DNA of 29,399 bases, counting the filler, from an uncultured virus (IMG/VR IMGVR_UViG_2124908004_000021) (taxonomy: Duplodnaviria > Heunggongvirae > Uroviricota > Caudoviricetes). It is 2 parts of one record of this genome, joined end to end, with 100 filler letters (N's around TTAATTAATTAA, not from the genome) between each part and the next. Parts side by side here need not be neighbours in the genome. Positions count along the whole stretch, not along the records: positions 1 to 10,840 come from IMGVR_UViG_2124908004_000021; positions 10,941 to 29,399 come from IMGVR_UViG_2124908004_000021. The stretch is one strand, 5' to 3'. Shown here in pieces: positions 10,073-19,884 of this stretch. The position numbers were made by a program, and so were the translations under genes. The notes beneath the pieces were generated by a model. It was not told where the DNA came from. It did no database searches and saw nothing but the letters and a program-made list of their open reading frames with translations. Every line of letters starts with the position of its first letter. The first letter of the stretch is position 1.

Positions 10073-10651
10073 ATGACAAATACCGCTAATCGCGTAAATC
10101 CCAACCACGGCAAGAATCCCACGAAGGTCATCACCGGCATCGTCCGCCTGTCCTATGCCAACGTGTGGGAGCCGAAGTCCATCAACGGCGGCGCCGAAAA
10201 GTATAGCGTCAGCCTGATCATTCCCAAGTCCGATACCAAGACCATCGCAGCTATCAACGCGGCCGTGGACGCCGCCATCGAGGAAGGCAGGGTCAAGCTC
10301 GGCGGAAAGGTGCCGAACAAGGCCGCCCTGAAGCTGCCCCTGCGTGACGGTGACATCGACCGCCCGGACGACGAAGCCTACGCCAATTCCTACTTCGTCA
10401 ATGCAAATTCCAGCACGGCGCCCCAGATTGTCAACCAGCAGGTAGAGCCGATCCTCGACCGCTCTGAAGTCTACTCCGGCGTGTATGCGCGGGTGTCCAT
10501 CAACTTCTACGCCTTCAACTCCAACGGGAATAAAGGCATCGCCTGCGGGCTCGGCAACATCCAGAAGGTGCGTGACGGTGAGCCGTTGGGCAGCCGCTCC
10601 AACGCAGCCGACGACTTCGCCACCGACGGTGACGACGACTTCCTGTCATGA
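10073..10651 (+). CDS. DUF2815-family phage ssDNA-binding protein
   Basis: RLSYANVWEP, KYSVSLIIPK, LRDGD, GLGNIQK, acidic tail DDDFLS; GGAGG RBS. Confidence 0.88.
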   Translation: MTNTANRVNPNHGKNPTKVITGIVRLSYANVWEPKSINGGAEKYSVSLIIPKSDTKTIAAINAAVDAAIEEGRVKLGGKVPNKAALKLPLRDGDIDRPDDEAYANSYFVNANSSTAPQIVNQQVEPILDRSEVYSGVYARVSINFYAFNSNGNKGIACGLGNIQKVRDGEPLGSRSNAADDFATDGDDDFLS

Positions 10652-10840
10652 GGACGCTCTTCATCGACATCGAGACATACAGCGGGACAGACCTCGGGAA
10701 ATCCGGGGTCTACCGCTATTCCGAAGAGCAGGACTTCGAGGTATTGCTCTTCGGATACAGCGTGGACGGAGGCGAGGTTCGTGTTATCGACCTCGCTTCC
10801 GGCGAAGCGCCGCCGCCCGATATCTTCGCCGCCCTGACGA
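10648..10840 (+). CDS. Phage family A DNA polymerase, N-terminal exonuclease fragment (scaffold end)
   Basis: MRTLFIDIETYS..DLGKSGVYRYS..DFEVLLFGYSVD (DxE ExoI motif); usual position after DUF2815. Confidence 0.8.
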
Positions 10841-10940
10841 NNNNNNNNNNNNNNNNNNNNNNNNNNNNNNNNNNNNNNNNNNNNTTAATTAATTAANNNN
10901 NNNNNNNNNNNNNNNNNNNNNNNNNNNNNNNNNNNNNNNN
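10841..10940. other. Artificial scaffold linker
   Basis: 44 N + TTAATTAATTAA (stops in all six frames) + 44 N = 100 nt. Confidence 0.95.
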
Positions 10941-11320
10941 TCTGGCAGAGAAACAGCGGTGGAAAGTTTGCGCCGCCATGTCTGGGAAGATTATCGGGAC
11001 AAGATGTACCGATTCACAAAAACTGATCTTGGTAAAGAGATATATGCCAGACGGAAAGAGACGATAGAACGAAGCTTTGCAGATTCAAAAGAGCTGCATG
11101 GTCTTCGCTATTGTCGGATGCGCGGACTGGAGAAGGTATCAGAACAATGCTTGTTGACAGCAGCAGTACAGAACATGAAGAAGATCGCACTGATACTGGA
11201 CCGTCGATTTCTACGTATATTACGAAGATGGATTACGGGTCTCATGATACCCGATGATTGTTATTGCTGAATTGACAAACGCCCCGTTTCATTGAAAACA
11301 GGGCGTTTGTCATCAAGCTG
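10941..11320 (+). mobile_element. 3' end of an IS1182-family element (transposase C-terminus ends at 11270)
   Basis: [29 protein letters not shown]...[10 protein letters not shown]; subterminal hairpin TGACAAACGCCC/GGGCGTTTGTCA. Confidence 0.8.
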
Positions 11321-11351
11321 AACTCCCTCAATGTAAGGGAGTTCTTTTTTT
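11320..11351 (+). terminator. Terminator-like hairpin abutting the IS end
   Basis: GAACTCCCT/AGGGAGTTC followed by T run. Confidence 0.65.
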
Positions 11352-11366
11352 GCGGTGATAAAATGC

Positions 11367-11525
11367 GCCACTATAAAAGATCCTTCCGCCACACGCAGAG
11401 CTTGGACGTTTGATAGCCCGGTAAGCTGTCAGAGCGTCCTCCTGCGGGCCAATAGCGCCAGCACGATGATCTAATCGTGTAAGGACACGAGTAGCCCTCC
11501 GGCGATTAGGGAGCTTTTGAATGGC
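11367..11525. ncRNA. Candidate multi-stem structured RNA, family and strand unknown
   Basis: GC-rich, no long ORF; closing helix GCCA..AAAAG..TCCTT..CGCC / GGCG..AGGGA..CTTTT..TGGC with nested hairpins. Confidence 0.4.
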
Positions 11526-11642
11526 CCCTCTCTTTTGGTTTCGATATATTTCGATTTCATATATAGCATTGCGGCTTAAAAAGAAATGGACTAAAGTGCA
11601 TATGCTGGTCGTTTAAAAAACATTCGGGTTTAGACGAATATA

Positions 11643-11840
11643 TTAATCATTTTCTGAATGACCAACATCTTCAGGCAAGTTTTTTAAAGCAAATTCGCAA
11701 CATTGAACAACTAGTTTATTAAAAGAGATATTGTTTTTAGCGGCTAGCTTTTCTAATTTAACAATTAATTCATCGGGCATGCGTATTGTTTTATTAGAAG
11801 CTTTCGGAGTATTAATAACAAATTTATTTTGATCTTTCAT
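11643..11840 (-). CDS. Ribbon-helix-helix protein (HicB-like/Arc type)
   Basis: KTIRMPDELIVKLEKLAAKNNISFNKLVVQCCEFAL; GAGGTG RBS. Confidence 0.8.
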   Translation of the reverse strand: MKDQNKFVINTPKASNKTIRMPDELIVKLEKLAAKNNISFNKLVVQCCEFALKNLPEDVGHSEND

Positions 11841-11969
11841 ACATACACCTCACTATTATTTTAGGTGCATGATTAAATATAAAATATATGCAAAATTGCA
11901 AGTAAAAATTAATTTAATATTATCGTATATCATGATATAATATTAAAAAAATAAGTAACTGGAGGGGTA

Positions 11970-12392
11970 ATGAAAAGATTCATTATATTTTGTTTCATTT
12001 TAATGATAAGCATAATATTACTCGCAGGATGTGGCGAAAAAGAATTGAGCACAACAGAAATAATGAATATAAATGGAGTTTTAGTGATTGGATATAATAC
12101 TCCGGTTACAGGAGAATATACTACCAACACAAACAAGCCTCCTGAATCAATCGAGGATATTGATTTTATGATTTATGAGGCGGGGGGCGGTTTACGCTAT
12201 TCGCCAAAAACAAAAGTTGATTATAACAAATACGAAGATATTATAGAATATATGGAAGGAATATATGGTAGTCCTTTAAAGCAAAAAGGAACCAAATATC
12301 AGTGGTGCACAGAAGATGACTCCTTAAAAATAAATATGGTTTATGATACTGATATTTATAATAGTATGGCGATTGGAATTAATACTAATTAA
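11970..12392 (+). CDS. Lipoprotein of unknown function
   Basis: Signal MKRFIIFCFILMISIILLAG-C with lipobox; GGAGG RBS. Confidence 0.8.
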   Translation: MKRFIIFCFILMISIILLAGCGEKELSTTEIMNINGVLVIGYNTPVTGEYTTNTNKPPESIEDIDFMIYEAGGGLRYSPKTKVDYNKYEDIIEYMEGIYGSPLKQKGTKYQWCTEDDSLKINMVYDTDIYNSMAIGINTN

Positions 12393-12786
12393 GTAAAGGC
12401 GAACGAAGTGACGCCAAATAGATAGACATGTTACAAGAAAGATATTAACAAGGCAATTTTCAGAGGAGCGGCAAGTGAATAGTAAGGTTGCTTTTTTGTA
12501 CCATTAATCGGCATACATGAGAACCTCCAGAAGGCCCTCTGAGAGGCTTTAGGTATGTCAACGATGGAGAATTATGGTTAAAGAATCAAGCCTATCTTGA
12601 TGTCATGTGGAGGTTCGCCTTAGAAAATAAGGAGCTTGTTCGGTTGAATGTTCGCCATTATGCCTTGTATAATCAATGCATTCGGTAGTATAAAAGGCCG
12701 AACTTGGCTCGTCATAGTGCCTTATGCCATGAGGGCTATCTAGGGGTGCTGGACGGGCTTAGTAGGAGGCACTATCCGTGAGCGCA

Positions 12787-12989
12787 TCAGGGGGCGTCTA
12801 GAGTATAAGTATATTCCATGCAGTAATTATAGAGCAAAGTGCTGGACTTGCTCTTCGTGAAGTTAATACATGTGCATGTGGCTGGCGTTGCGTTCTGGCA
12901 ATGGCGGCAGATGAGGTCTTCGTTGTGATGTGATTCCAGTATAGGTTCAATTCTTCTTTGGTTGATATCGCGCTGTTGTTTTGGTTCAT
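12787..12989 (-). CDS. Small Cys-rich protein, probably with a one-base frameshift
   Basis: AAGGAG RBS; adding one A near 12923 gives MNQNN...ITNEDLICRHCQNATPATCTC...YNYCMEY-stop. Confidence 0.4.
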
Positions 12990-13152
12990 AACTACACTCC
13001 TTATCGATATTTGTATAGCATTATAGCAATTATACATAATATGTAAATATTATTTTACAATATCAACAAAGGTTATTGCGAAATAGGAATTTTTATGTAG
13101 ATTAATTGAACAATTTAAATTATAATCAGTAATAATATCTTAGGAGAAACGT

Positions 13153-15084
13153 ATGTCTTTACGTGATTTATCCTTAAAAGGTTGTTATGAGAGTTATGAG
13201 GATAATTTGCTTGAGGATTTTTACAATCCGATCTTAGCGCAGTCAATAAAATATAAAAGAATAGCCGGATTTTTTTCATCTAGTAGTATTGCGCTGGCTT
13301 CAAGAGGTTTATCTGGGCTTATAAATAATAGAGGGAGTATGCAATTAATTATTTCCCCCAAATTAAGTAAGGAAGATGTTGCGGTTATAAAAGAAGCTGA
13401 CATAAACCCAGATACATATCTCGAAGAAATTTTAATAAATCAGATTGAACAGGTATTGCTGAAGGATCAGTTTTTTGCTTTGGGTTGGTTATTGGCAAAT
13501 AAGATATTAAATATGAAAATTGTAGCTATTGTTAATAATGGTGCTTTTTTAAACGAGGAAGAAGTAAACGAGAGCAAGCTTTTACATCAAAAAATAGGTA
13601 TTCTGGAAGATAAAGAAGGTAACATTGTTTCCTTTAGTGGTTCGGTAAATGAAACCGCTTCTGGCTGGGTAAACAATCTAGAAGAATTCAAAGTATTTAA
13701 AGGATGGGAACCATCAATAAAAGAAACATATATCGATCCCGATATTAAAAAATTTAGTGAAATATGGGAAGGCAAAAGAGAGTATGTGTATGTTTTTAAA
13801 CCTAACAGATTAATTGAAAGACTAATTAAAATATGTCCAACTGATTATAGTTGGGATGTTATTAAAGCAAAGAAAATGATGAAAAATTTAGATTCCAATA
13901 AATGGAACCATCAATTAAAGGCGATGAAGAAATTCATTGAAGAGATGAGCGGCATACTTGAAATGGCAACGGGAACAGGGAAAACAAGAACTTGCTTGAT
14001 GATAATTGTTGAATTAATACAGTCTAACAAAATTGATACTATCATCATTAGTGTTCCTGGAAATGATTTATGTGAACAATGGGAAAATAATTTATTAGAA
14101 TATGAGATTAATAATTTTCCAATTCTAAGAAGTTATTCTGGTTTCAAAGAGCATCAATCATTTTGCTCGAGGCCGGAGAAGTCTATTTTAGTAATACAAC
14201 AAAAGACTCCTGAAAATTTGCTGCATGTTTTAAAACGCTTAACAACTGAACAAAAACAAAGAACTTTAATTGTATTCGATGAAGTTCATAACATGGGAAG
14301 TATTTCGAAAATTAAATCTTTATCGGGAGAAATAATTAAAATTGGCTATAGGCTTGGCCTTAGTGCAACGCCTGAGAGAAATAATGATGAGGCAGGCCAG
14401 TTGTTTATTGAGCAGGAGATTGGCAAGGTTATATTTTCATTTACTCTTGAAGACGCTATTAAAAAAGGAATTTTATGCGAGTTTGATTATGTTAAACTGC
14501 CTTATAAGCTAACCGAAGAAGAAAAACAGGCAATAAAAAAACTTAGAATAAGACTTGAAATAATACGGACTCAAGGAGGAACATTAGAAGAAGAGGAAAG
14601 AATTAAGATATTAATTGCAAAGATAAGAAAACTCGCAGAAAACAAGCTACCTGCATTCAAAGAATATTTGAAAAATAATTCTGTCGTTTTAGACAATTGC
14701 ATAGTTTTTGCTGAGGAAATGCAATATGCAAAAAGGATTCAAGAGATTATTTATAAATATATAAATGAGTTTTACCCCTATTATGACGATGCCAATCCCG
14801 CATATTTAACGAAATTTGCTTCTGGTGAGATTAAAACTTTAATTACATGTGAAAAAATCAATGAAGGCATTGATATTAAGTCTTGTAAAACAATTGTTTT
14901 ATTTTCATCTGATCGATTCAAAAAAACTACAATCCAAAGAATAGGGCGATGCCTAAGAACCAATCCTGAAGATCCTCTTAAAAGGGGTTTAGTCATTGAT
15001 TTCTGTGATGATGATAGCGAGACTGATAAAGAAAGAAGCGAATGGATATCAAAACTTGCTGAGGTGAAGAAAGAGAATGAGTGA
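13153..15084 (+). CDS. PLD(HKD)-like nuclease fused to an SF2 (ResIII-like) helicase
   Basis: LHQKIGILED...SGSVNET; MATGTGKT, DEVH, LSATPER, QRIGRCLR. Confidence 0.88.
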   Translation: MSLRDLSLKGCYESYEDNLLEDFYNPILAQSIKYKRIAGFFSSSSIALASRGLSGLINNRGSMQLIISPKLSKEDVAVIKEADINPDTYLEEILINQIEQVLLKDQFFALGWLLANKILNMKIVAIVNNGAFLNEEEVNESKLLHQKIGILEDKEGNIVSFSGSVNETASGWVNNLEEFKVFKGWEPSIKETYIDPDIKKFSEIWEGKREYVYVFKPNRLIERLIKICPTDYSWDVIKAKKMMKNLDSNKWNHQLKAMKKFIEEMSGILEMATGTGKTRTCLMIIVELIQSNKIDTIIISVPGNDLCEQWENNLLEYEINNFPILRSYSGFKEHQSFCSRPEKSILVIQQKTPENLLHVLKRLTTEQKQRTLIVFDEVHNMGSISKIKSLSGEIIKIGYRLGLSATPERNNDEAGQLFIEQEIGKVIFSFTLEDAIKKGILCEFDYVKLPYKLTEEEKQAIKKLRIRLEIIRTQGGTLEEEERIKILIAKIRKLAENKLPAFKEYLKNNSVVLDNCIVFAEEMQYAKRIQEIIYKYINEFYPYYDDANPAYLTKFASGEIKTLITCEKINEGIDIKSCKTIVLFSSDRFKKTTIQRIGRCLRTNPEDPLKRGLVIDFCDDDSETDKERSEWISKLAEVKKENE

Positions 15085-15286
15085 TATACAAGGATTTAAA
15101 GCTCAAATAGAAGCTCATATAAGTATTATTCTTGACAATTCCACTATACTTAACGCTCAAAAAGGTAAAGTTAAGAGAATAATTTTAAATGCTTATGACT
15201 CCAATTATGATGACAATGATTTAGATAATATTCTGAAAGGAGAATTATGTGGCGATGAAAATAAGGATGATGAAATTAACGATTAA
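15077..15286 (+). CDS. Small acidic protein coupled between helicase and ATPase
   Basis: 69 aa, GAGGTG upstream, overlaps both neighbours. Confidence 0.7.
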   Translation: MSDIQGFKAQIEAHISIILDNSTILNAQKGKVKRIILNAYDSNYDDNDLDNILKGELCGDENKDDEIND

Positions 15287-17135
15287 AGATATTCGCCACT
15301 TTGATGATATTACAATTGATCTTTCACGGGCAAATAAAACTTTTATTATGATGCCTAATGGTACGGGAAAAACAACAACCATTAATTTAATCAGAAATAT
15401 GTTAATAGGAGAAGCTATTTCAAAACAAGAGATACTTGATTTAAAACCTTTTGCAAGCCAAAAAGATGGGGGATCGATCGAGCTTCAATTTGGCATTGAT
15501 TCAAGGGTTTTTACGATCAAGCTATCTTTAGATTTCAAAAATCAAGAAAGTTCTTACGTTTATTATTCCATAGATGGTCACAGCACTACAAAACCAGAGA
15601 AATTGAATATATTTAGTGCGGATTTTACAAGGAAGTTTGTTTTCGATGGTGAATTATGTGTAGAATTTTTAAAAGAAGGTGGAGATTTAACTGCAGATAC
15701 AATAGAAAATTTATTTTTACTTGATCGCTTCAATACTTTCAATGACAAACTTGAGAGGGTAAAAGACGCATTGATCCGCATTAATACTTTAACCAGCGCT
15801 TCAAATCAGACGGGGGGGACAAAGCTTAACAATGAGCTTGAACAACTTAGAAATGATAAAAGTAAATTAGAAATTGAGAGAGCGCGTTTAACAGCTGGAA
15901 GAGACGATTTGGTATCAAAAGAGCATGAATTGGAGTTAAAAATATCTGAAATAAATAACAAATATCAAAATCAAAACAACCAAGTTGTTCAACATGAAAA
16001 TAATATAAATAATTTAGATATTGAAAGATCAAACTTATTAAAAGAAATAAGAGAGTGTACGCTTGCTATTCATTTATTGAGCGAGTCCTTATGGGTAAAA
16101 CAAAGGCCAGTAATAGATAATATGGCTAGTATGAAATTACCCAAAGAGATTTCAGAACAATTTTTTATTGATCTTATAGAAGAAGATACATGTGTTTGCG
16201 GCGAAAAAATGACAGACAATAAAAAATTATATATTAAAAATAATTACAAGTATTATTTGGATGAAAATGATATTGGGATTCTAAATCAAATAAGGAAATC
16301 AGCTAATGATCATACCTATAATAAACAACTTATAGATTTAATCGACAATTATAATAATAAATCAAGCATTAGAGACGTTGAAGAAACTAAACTACGGCGA
16401 CTTAAGAAGGAACTGGATCGCGAGCAATATGCAAAATTAACTAATTTCAGAGAAGAACTTAAAAAAATAAGAGATGATATTTCAAAAAAGAATTTTGAAA
16501 TTTCAGGAATTGAAAGTACTGATGTACATGCAATAAAAATTGGAAGGTTGACAAGCAAGAATAATCTTTTTGCTTGCGAGCGAAAAATCGAAGAGCTTGA
16601 AAAAACAATAGAAGCTTATCATTATAATAAAAGAGTAAAGAAAAATTATTATGTTCTAAAGGCCTTGATTGATGAGCTTAAGAAGCAAATGCTCTCTAGC
16701 ATAAAGAATATGTTAGAAGAAAATATAAACACGGAATTAAGTGATGTACATACATTTGATCAGCTTAAGATATTAATAGATGATAATATTAAAGTATATG
16801 GCAAATCTGGAGTAAGTACAGGGGAATCTTTATCCATTGCTTATATATTTATAAGCACTTTATTTAATAGTTCGTTTTATAATTTGCCACTCATTATTGA
16901 TTCGCCAGTAAACAGCCTTGATAACAATACTCGAAATTCTATTGCGAGGATATTGCCCGAATACTTTGAACAGCTTATATTATTTATAACTTCTTCAGAA
17001 AGGAACCATTTTGTCTCTGAATTTACGAAGCATTGTGATGAAAAAATATCATATTATACTATCTATAAGGAAGATATCAACTCAAAAATGGAAGTCAATG
17101 AAACTTATAACTTTTTTATGAATTACGATTCTTAA
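15249..17135 (+). CDS. SMC/Rad50-like ABC ATPase with CxC hook (DndD-like)
   Basis: Walker A PNGTGKTT, coiled coils, central TCVCG, signature STGE, Walker B LIIDSP. Confidence 0.88.
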   Translation: MAMKIRMMKLTIKDIRHFDDITIDLSRANKTFIMMPNGTGKTTTINLIRNMLIGEAISKQEILDLKPFASQKDGGSIELQFGIDSRVFTIKLSLDFKNQESSYVYYSIDGHSTTKPEKLNIFSADFTRKFVFDGELCVEFLKEGGDLTADTIENLFLLDRFNTFNDKLERVKDALIRINTLTSASNQTGGTKLNNELEQLRNDKSKLEIERARLTAGRDDLVSKEHELELKISEINNKYQNQNNQVVQHENNINNLDIERSNLLKEIRECTLAIHLLSESLWVKQRPVIDNMASMKLPKEISEQFFIDLIEEDTCVCGEKMTDNKKLYIKNNYKYYLDENDIGILNQIRKSANDHTYNKQLIDLIDNYNNKSSIRDVEETKLRRLKKELDREQYAKLTNFREELKKIRDDISKKNFEISGIESTDVHAIKIGRLTSKNNLFACERKIEELEKTIEAYHYNKRVKKNYYVLKALIDELKKQMLSSIKNMLEENINTELSDVHTFDQLKILIDDNIKVYGKSGVSTGESLSIAYIFISTLFNSSFYNLPLIIDSPVNSLDNNTRNSIARILPEYFEQLILFITSSERNHFVSEFTKHCDEKISYYTIYKEDINSKMEVNETYNFFMNYDS

Positions 17136-17152
17136 ATATAAGGAGGGGCAAC

Positions 17153-17623
17153 ATGGCATATAGACTAACAGATCAAGCAAAAAGATATTTTAGAAGCCTG
17201 CTTGAGAGTGGCGATAATAAACTTGATATGATGGAGGTTTATTATTATTGCTGTGTTGTAGGTCTGTTGAAAAAAGATAGGTCAAGCAATAATAACGGAG
17301 AAATTTTCTTGCAGACTATATATAGTAAATTTTCAGCTAATAATAGTTACAGATATCATGAACTTCTGTTATTACTATTAAATTCTGAGATAAAACATGT
17401 GGGAATTAATCCCTCAAATAGAACCGAATTAAAAAAACTATGTTCAGAGCTATTTATTAGCAACGATGACTTAAAGCTTACTGAATTAGGAATGAAGCGG
17501 TTAAATGACTACTGCGAATCTGGCTTCCAAGAATTATACAGAAGAGGAATTCACACTGTCAGTGCATTTGATTTTTTATATGATTGGCATCAAATTATTA
17601 AGAATTTAGAATATCAATATTAA
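17153..17623 (+). CDS. Hypothetical ATPase partner (DndE-like by position and size only)
   Basis: 156 aa, AAGGAGG RBS, directly after the ATPase. Confidence 0.6.
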   Translation: MAYRLTDQAKRYFRSLLESGDNKLDMMEVYYYCCVVGLLKKDRSSNNNGEIFLQTIYSKFSANNSYRYHELLLLLLNSEIKHVGINPSNRTELKKLCSELFISNDDLKLTELGMKRLNDYCESGFQELYRRGIHTVSAFDFLYDWHQIIKNLEYQY

Positions 17624-17634
17624 AGGATTAATAA

Positions 17635-18584
17635 ATGCAAAGGACAAATTGGGAACTAAGGCAATTGCAAAGCTTATCTCTTGAAGGGAAAATCTTCTTT
17701 TCACTTAGAAGAATAAAATCTTGGTATGATGAGAATCACGGTAATGTATATTGCAGCGTAAGTGGAAAAGATAGTATGGTATTGCTTAATTTAGTTCGAT
17801 CTGAGTATCCGGAAGTCCCAGCTGTAACCGTCAATACTGGGATGGAACATCCAGAAAACATAAAGCATTTAAAGACGATTAAAAATCTTATTTGGCTAAA
17901 ACCAGAGAAGAAAATTCATGAAGTGCTGAATGAGAGTGGTTATCCAATAATAAGCAAGATAAATAGTCGAAAACTTTATACTCTCCAAAATAGAACAGGG
18001 AAAAATGAGGCTACAAGAAATCTATATTTAACAGGCTATAATCAGAAAGGAGAGTTCCATAGCGCTAGTATGTTGCCTCCTAAGTACCACGACTTCATTG
18101 ATGCAGGATTCAAAATATCACATAAATGTTGTGATATTATGAAAAAAGACCCGTTGCATAAGTTCGAAAAAGAATTTAAGCTGAAAGCTTATGTAGCTAC
18201 AATGGCAGCAGATAGCGATGGAAGAAAAAAAATTATCTACAATATGGATGTACGATTAGAGGAAAAAATGGTTACTGTAGACCAATCTCAATTTGGACAG
18301 AGCAGGATATCCTAGAATATATTTATAAGAACAAAGTGCAAATATCGGGCGCTTATGGTGAAGTTGTTTTGAAAGATGGAATCTATCAAACTACCGGAGA
18401 GAGTAGGACAGGGTGCTTTTTTTGCTTGTTAGGAATTCAAAATGAAACGGAGCCAAATAGAATTCAGCGATTAAAAACCCAATATCCAAAATTATATGAT
18501 TATTGTCTAAGAGGCGATAACCCATCAAAAGAAGGATTAGCAATGAAGAAGGTATTGGAGAAATTAAATATACCATATGATTAA
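17635..18584 (+). CDS. PAPS-reductase-family PP-loop enzyme (frameshift at A8 18225-18232)
   Basis: SVSGKDS, NTGMEHPE, CCDIMKKDP; adding one A restores NYLQYGC...RPISIWTEQDILEYI...RTGCFFC (~316 aa). Confidence 0.85.
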
Positions 18585-18599
18585 AGATAGGAGATAATT

Positions 18600-19194
18600 A
18601 TGCCACCAAGCTGTGATTTCACCTATGGGATGCTTTGGAGACTCTTAAAGTTGTCCTTCCTGCTCTCTTCGCAATTATTGGGATTATTATTGGTAACATA
18701 TTTAATAATAAAGCCACTCGTAAAATGTTGCAATCACAGTTGCAATCCCAAAGAAAAAATCCCGAAATAGACGAGATTAGGAGTTCATTAAAAACTTTTA
18801 CCAGCCAATGATATTATTATGCAGTAAAAATAAGCAATTATATGATGTATTTAAAGGGCAAAGGAAAGACGAATTCAGAACTTTACTTTATTTGCTTAAT
18901 GGCGAAGAATTCGATAAGAACGATAAAGCGATTCTAGAAGAAATCATGCTAATTGATAGAAAAATAAACGATCTTATATTAAATAACAAGGACCTTGTGA
19001 AAGATGATGCATTAAAAACAGATTTAGCGAATGCATCTGCTCACTTTACCATAATTGATTTAGCCTATCAAAAAAAGATTGAAGGGGAGTGCGATAGATT
19101 TGTTGGATTTGTATATCCAAGAACATTACAAGAAAAATTAGAATTAGAAGTGAAAACGCTTCAAGAAAAATTAGAAATTTTGGAAAAAGAATGA
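18600..19194 (+). CDS. Hypothetical protein with N-terminal transmembrane helix (two probable frameshifts)
   Basis: AGGAG RBS; frame WDALETLKVVLPALFAIIGIIIGNIF...; adding one A at 18790-18794 joins ORF 18808..19194. Confidence 0.55.
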
Positions 19195-19823
19195 GATCAC
19201 AAGAAGTTTACTGGAATGAGCTTTATAATAAACTTGCTCTCGATCCCCCCCCTGCGATAATTGGCTTGAGCCTTATATCCCCATTTTGGAATCAGCGAAC
19301 ATTATTGTGGACTTAGGTGCGGGGGATGGTGCCGATACCATATACTTATGTAAAAAAGGGTATATATCCCGTTGCTTGTGATTTTGCTTTAGAGGCCCTC
19401 AAGAAAATAAATATACTTTGCCCAGAAGTAAAAACGAAATGTTTTGATATGTCTAAAGGCTTGCCGTTTGAGGATGGGAAAGTTGACATAGTAGTGGCTG
19501 ATTTAAGTTTACATTACTTCAATTGGAAAACTACAAAAAACATAGTTGGTAATATTAGTAGGGTTTTAGTTCCTAATGGAATATTGCTTGGCAGGGTTAA
19601 CTCAATAAATGATTTTAACTATGGTGCAATGACAGGTAGGAAGTTGGGGAAAAACTATTTTTATATTGATGGATGTAAAAAAAGGTTTTTTCAAAGAGAG
19701 GAGATTATTAATCTTTTTAAGGGGTGGAATATAGTTAATCTCTATGAAACGTCAACGGATAAATATAATGAGGAAAAGATGATATGGGAATTTGAAATTC
19801 ATAAGAGAGTATTAAAAAAGTAA
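19191..19823 (+). CDS. Class I SAM-dependent methyltransferase (frameshifts near 19245-19252 and 19358-19360)
   Basis: ATGA coupling; IVDLGAGDG motif I in alternate frame; ADLSLHYF; RVLVPNG. Confidence 0.8.
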
Positions 19824-19884
19824 ACATATAAAAGTTCGTTTCAATTTTATCTCCATTTTGGACAATTAATAGGGGAATTGATAT

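Larger units (their letters stand above)
5551..10840 (+). mobile_element. Prophage-like element: immunity and replication module (partial)
   Basis: XRE-ImmA-sigma70r4-DUF2800-DUF2815-PolA gene order; visibly GC-richer from about 7850. Confidence 0.75.

Noticed and set aside
10885..10896. TTAATTAATTAA palindrome between N runs
   Set aside because: Synthetic six-frame-stop linker; also no evidence that the IS1182 interrupts the phage polymerase.
11632..11639. AGACGAAT as a fourth att-like site
   Set aside because: Matches only one short arm; no GTTTTTCT partner at 26 or 31 bp and no conserved tail.
11643..11840. Complete HicAB toxin-antitoxin pair
   Set aside because: No adjacent HicA-like toxin ORF is visible.
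13153..18584. Canonical dndBCDE/dptFGH or sulfate-assimilation cysH
   Set aside because: No dndA/dndB/dptFGH or cys genes visible; gene order and protein size differ.
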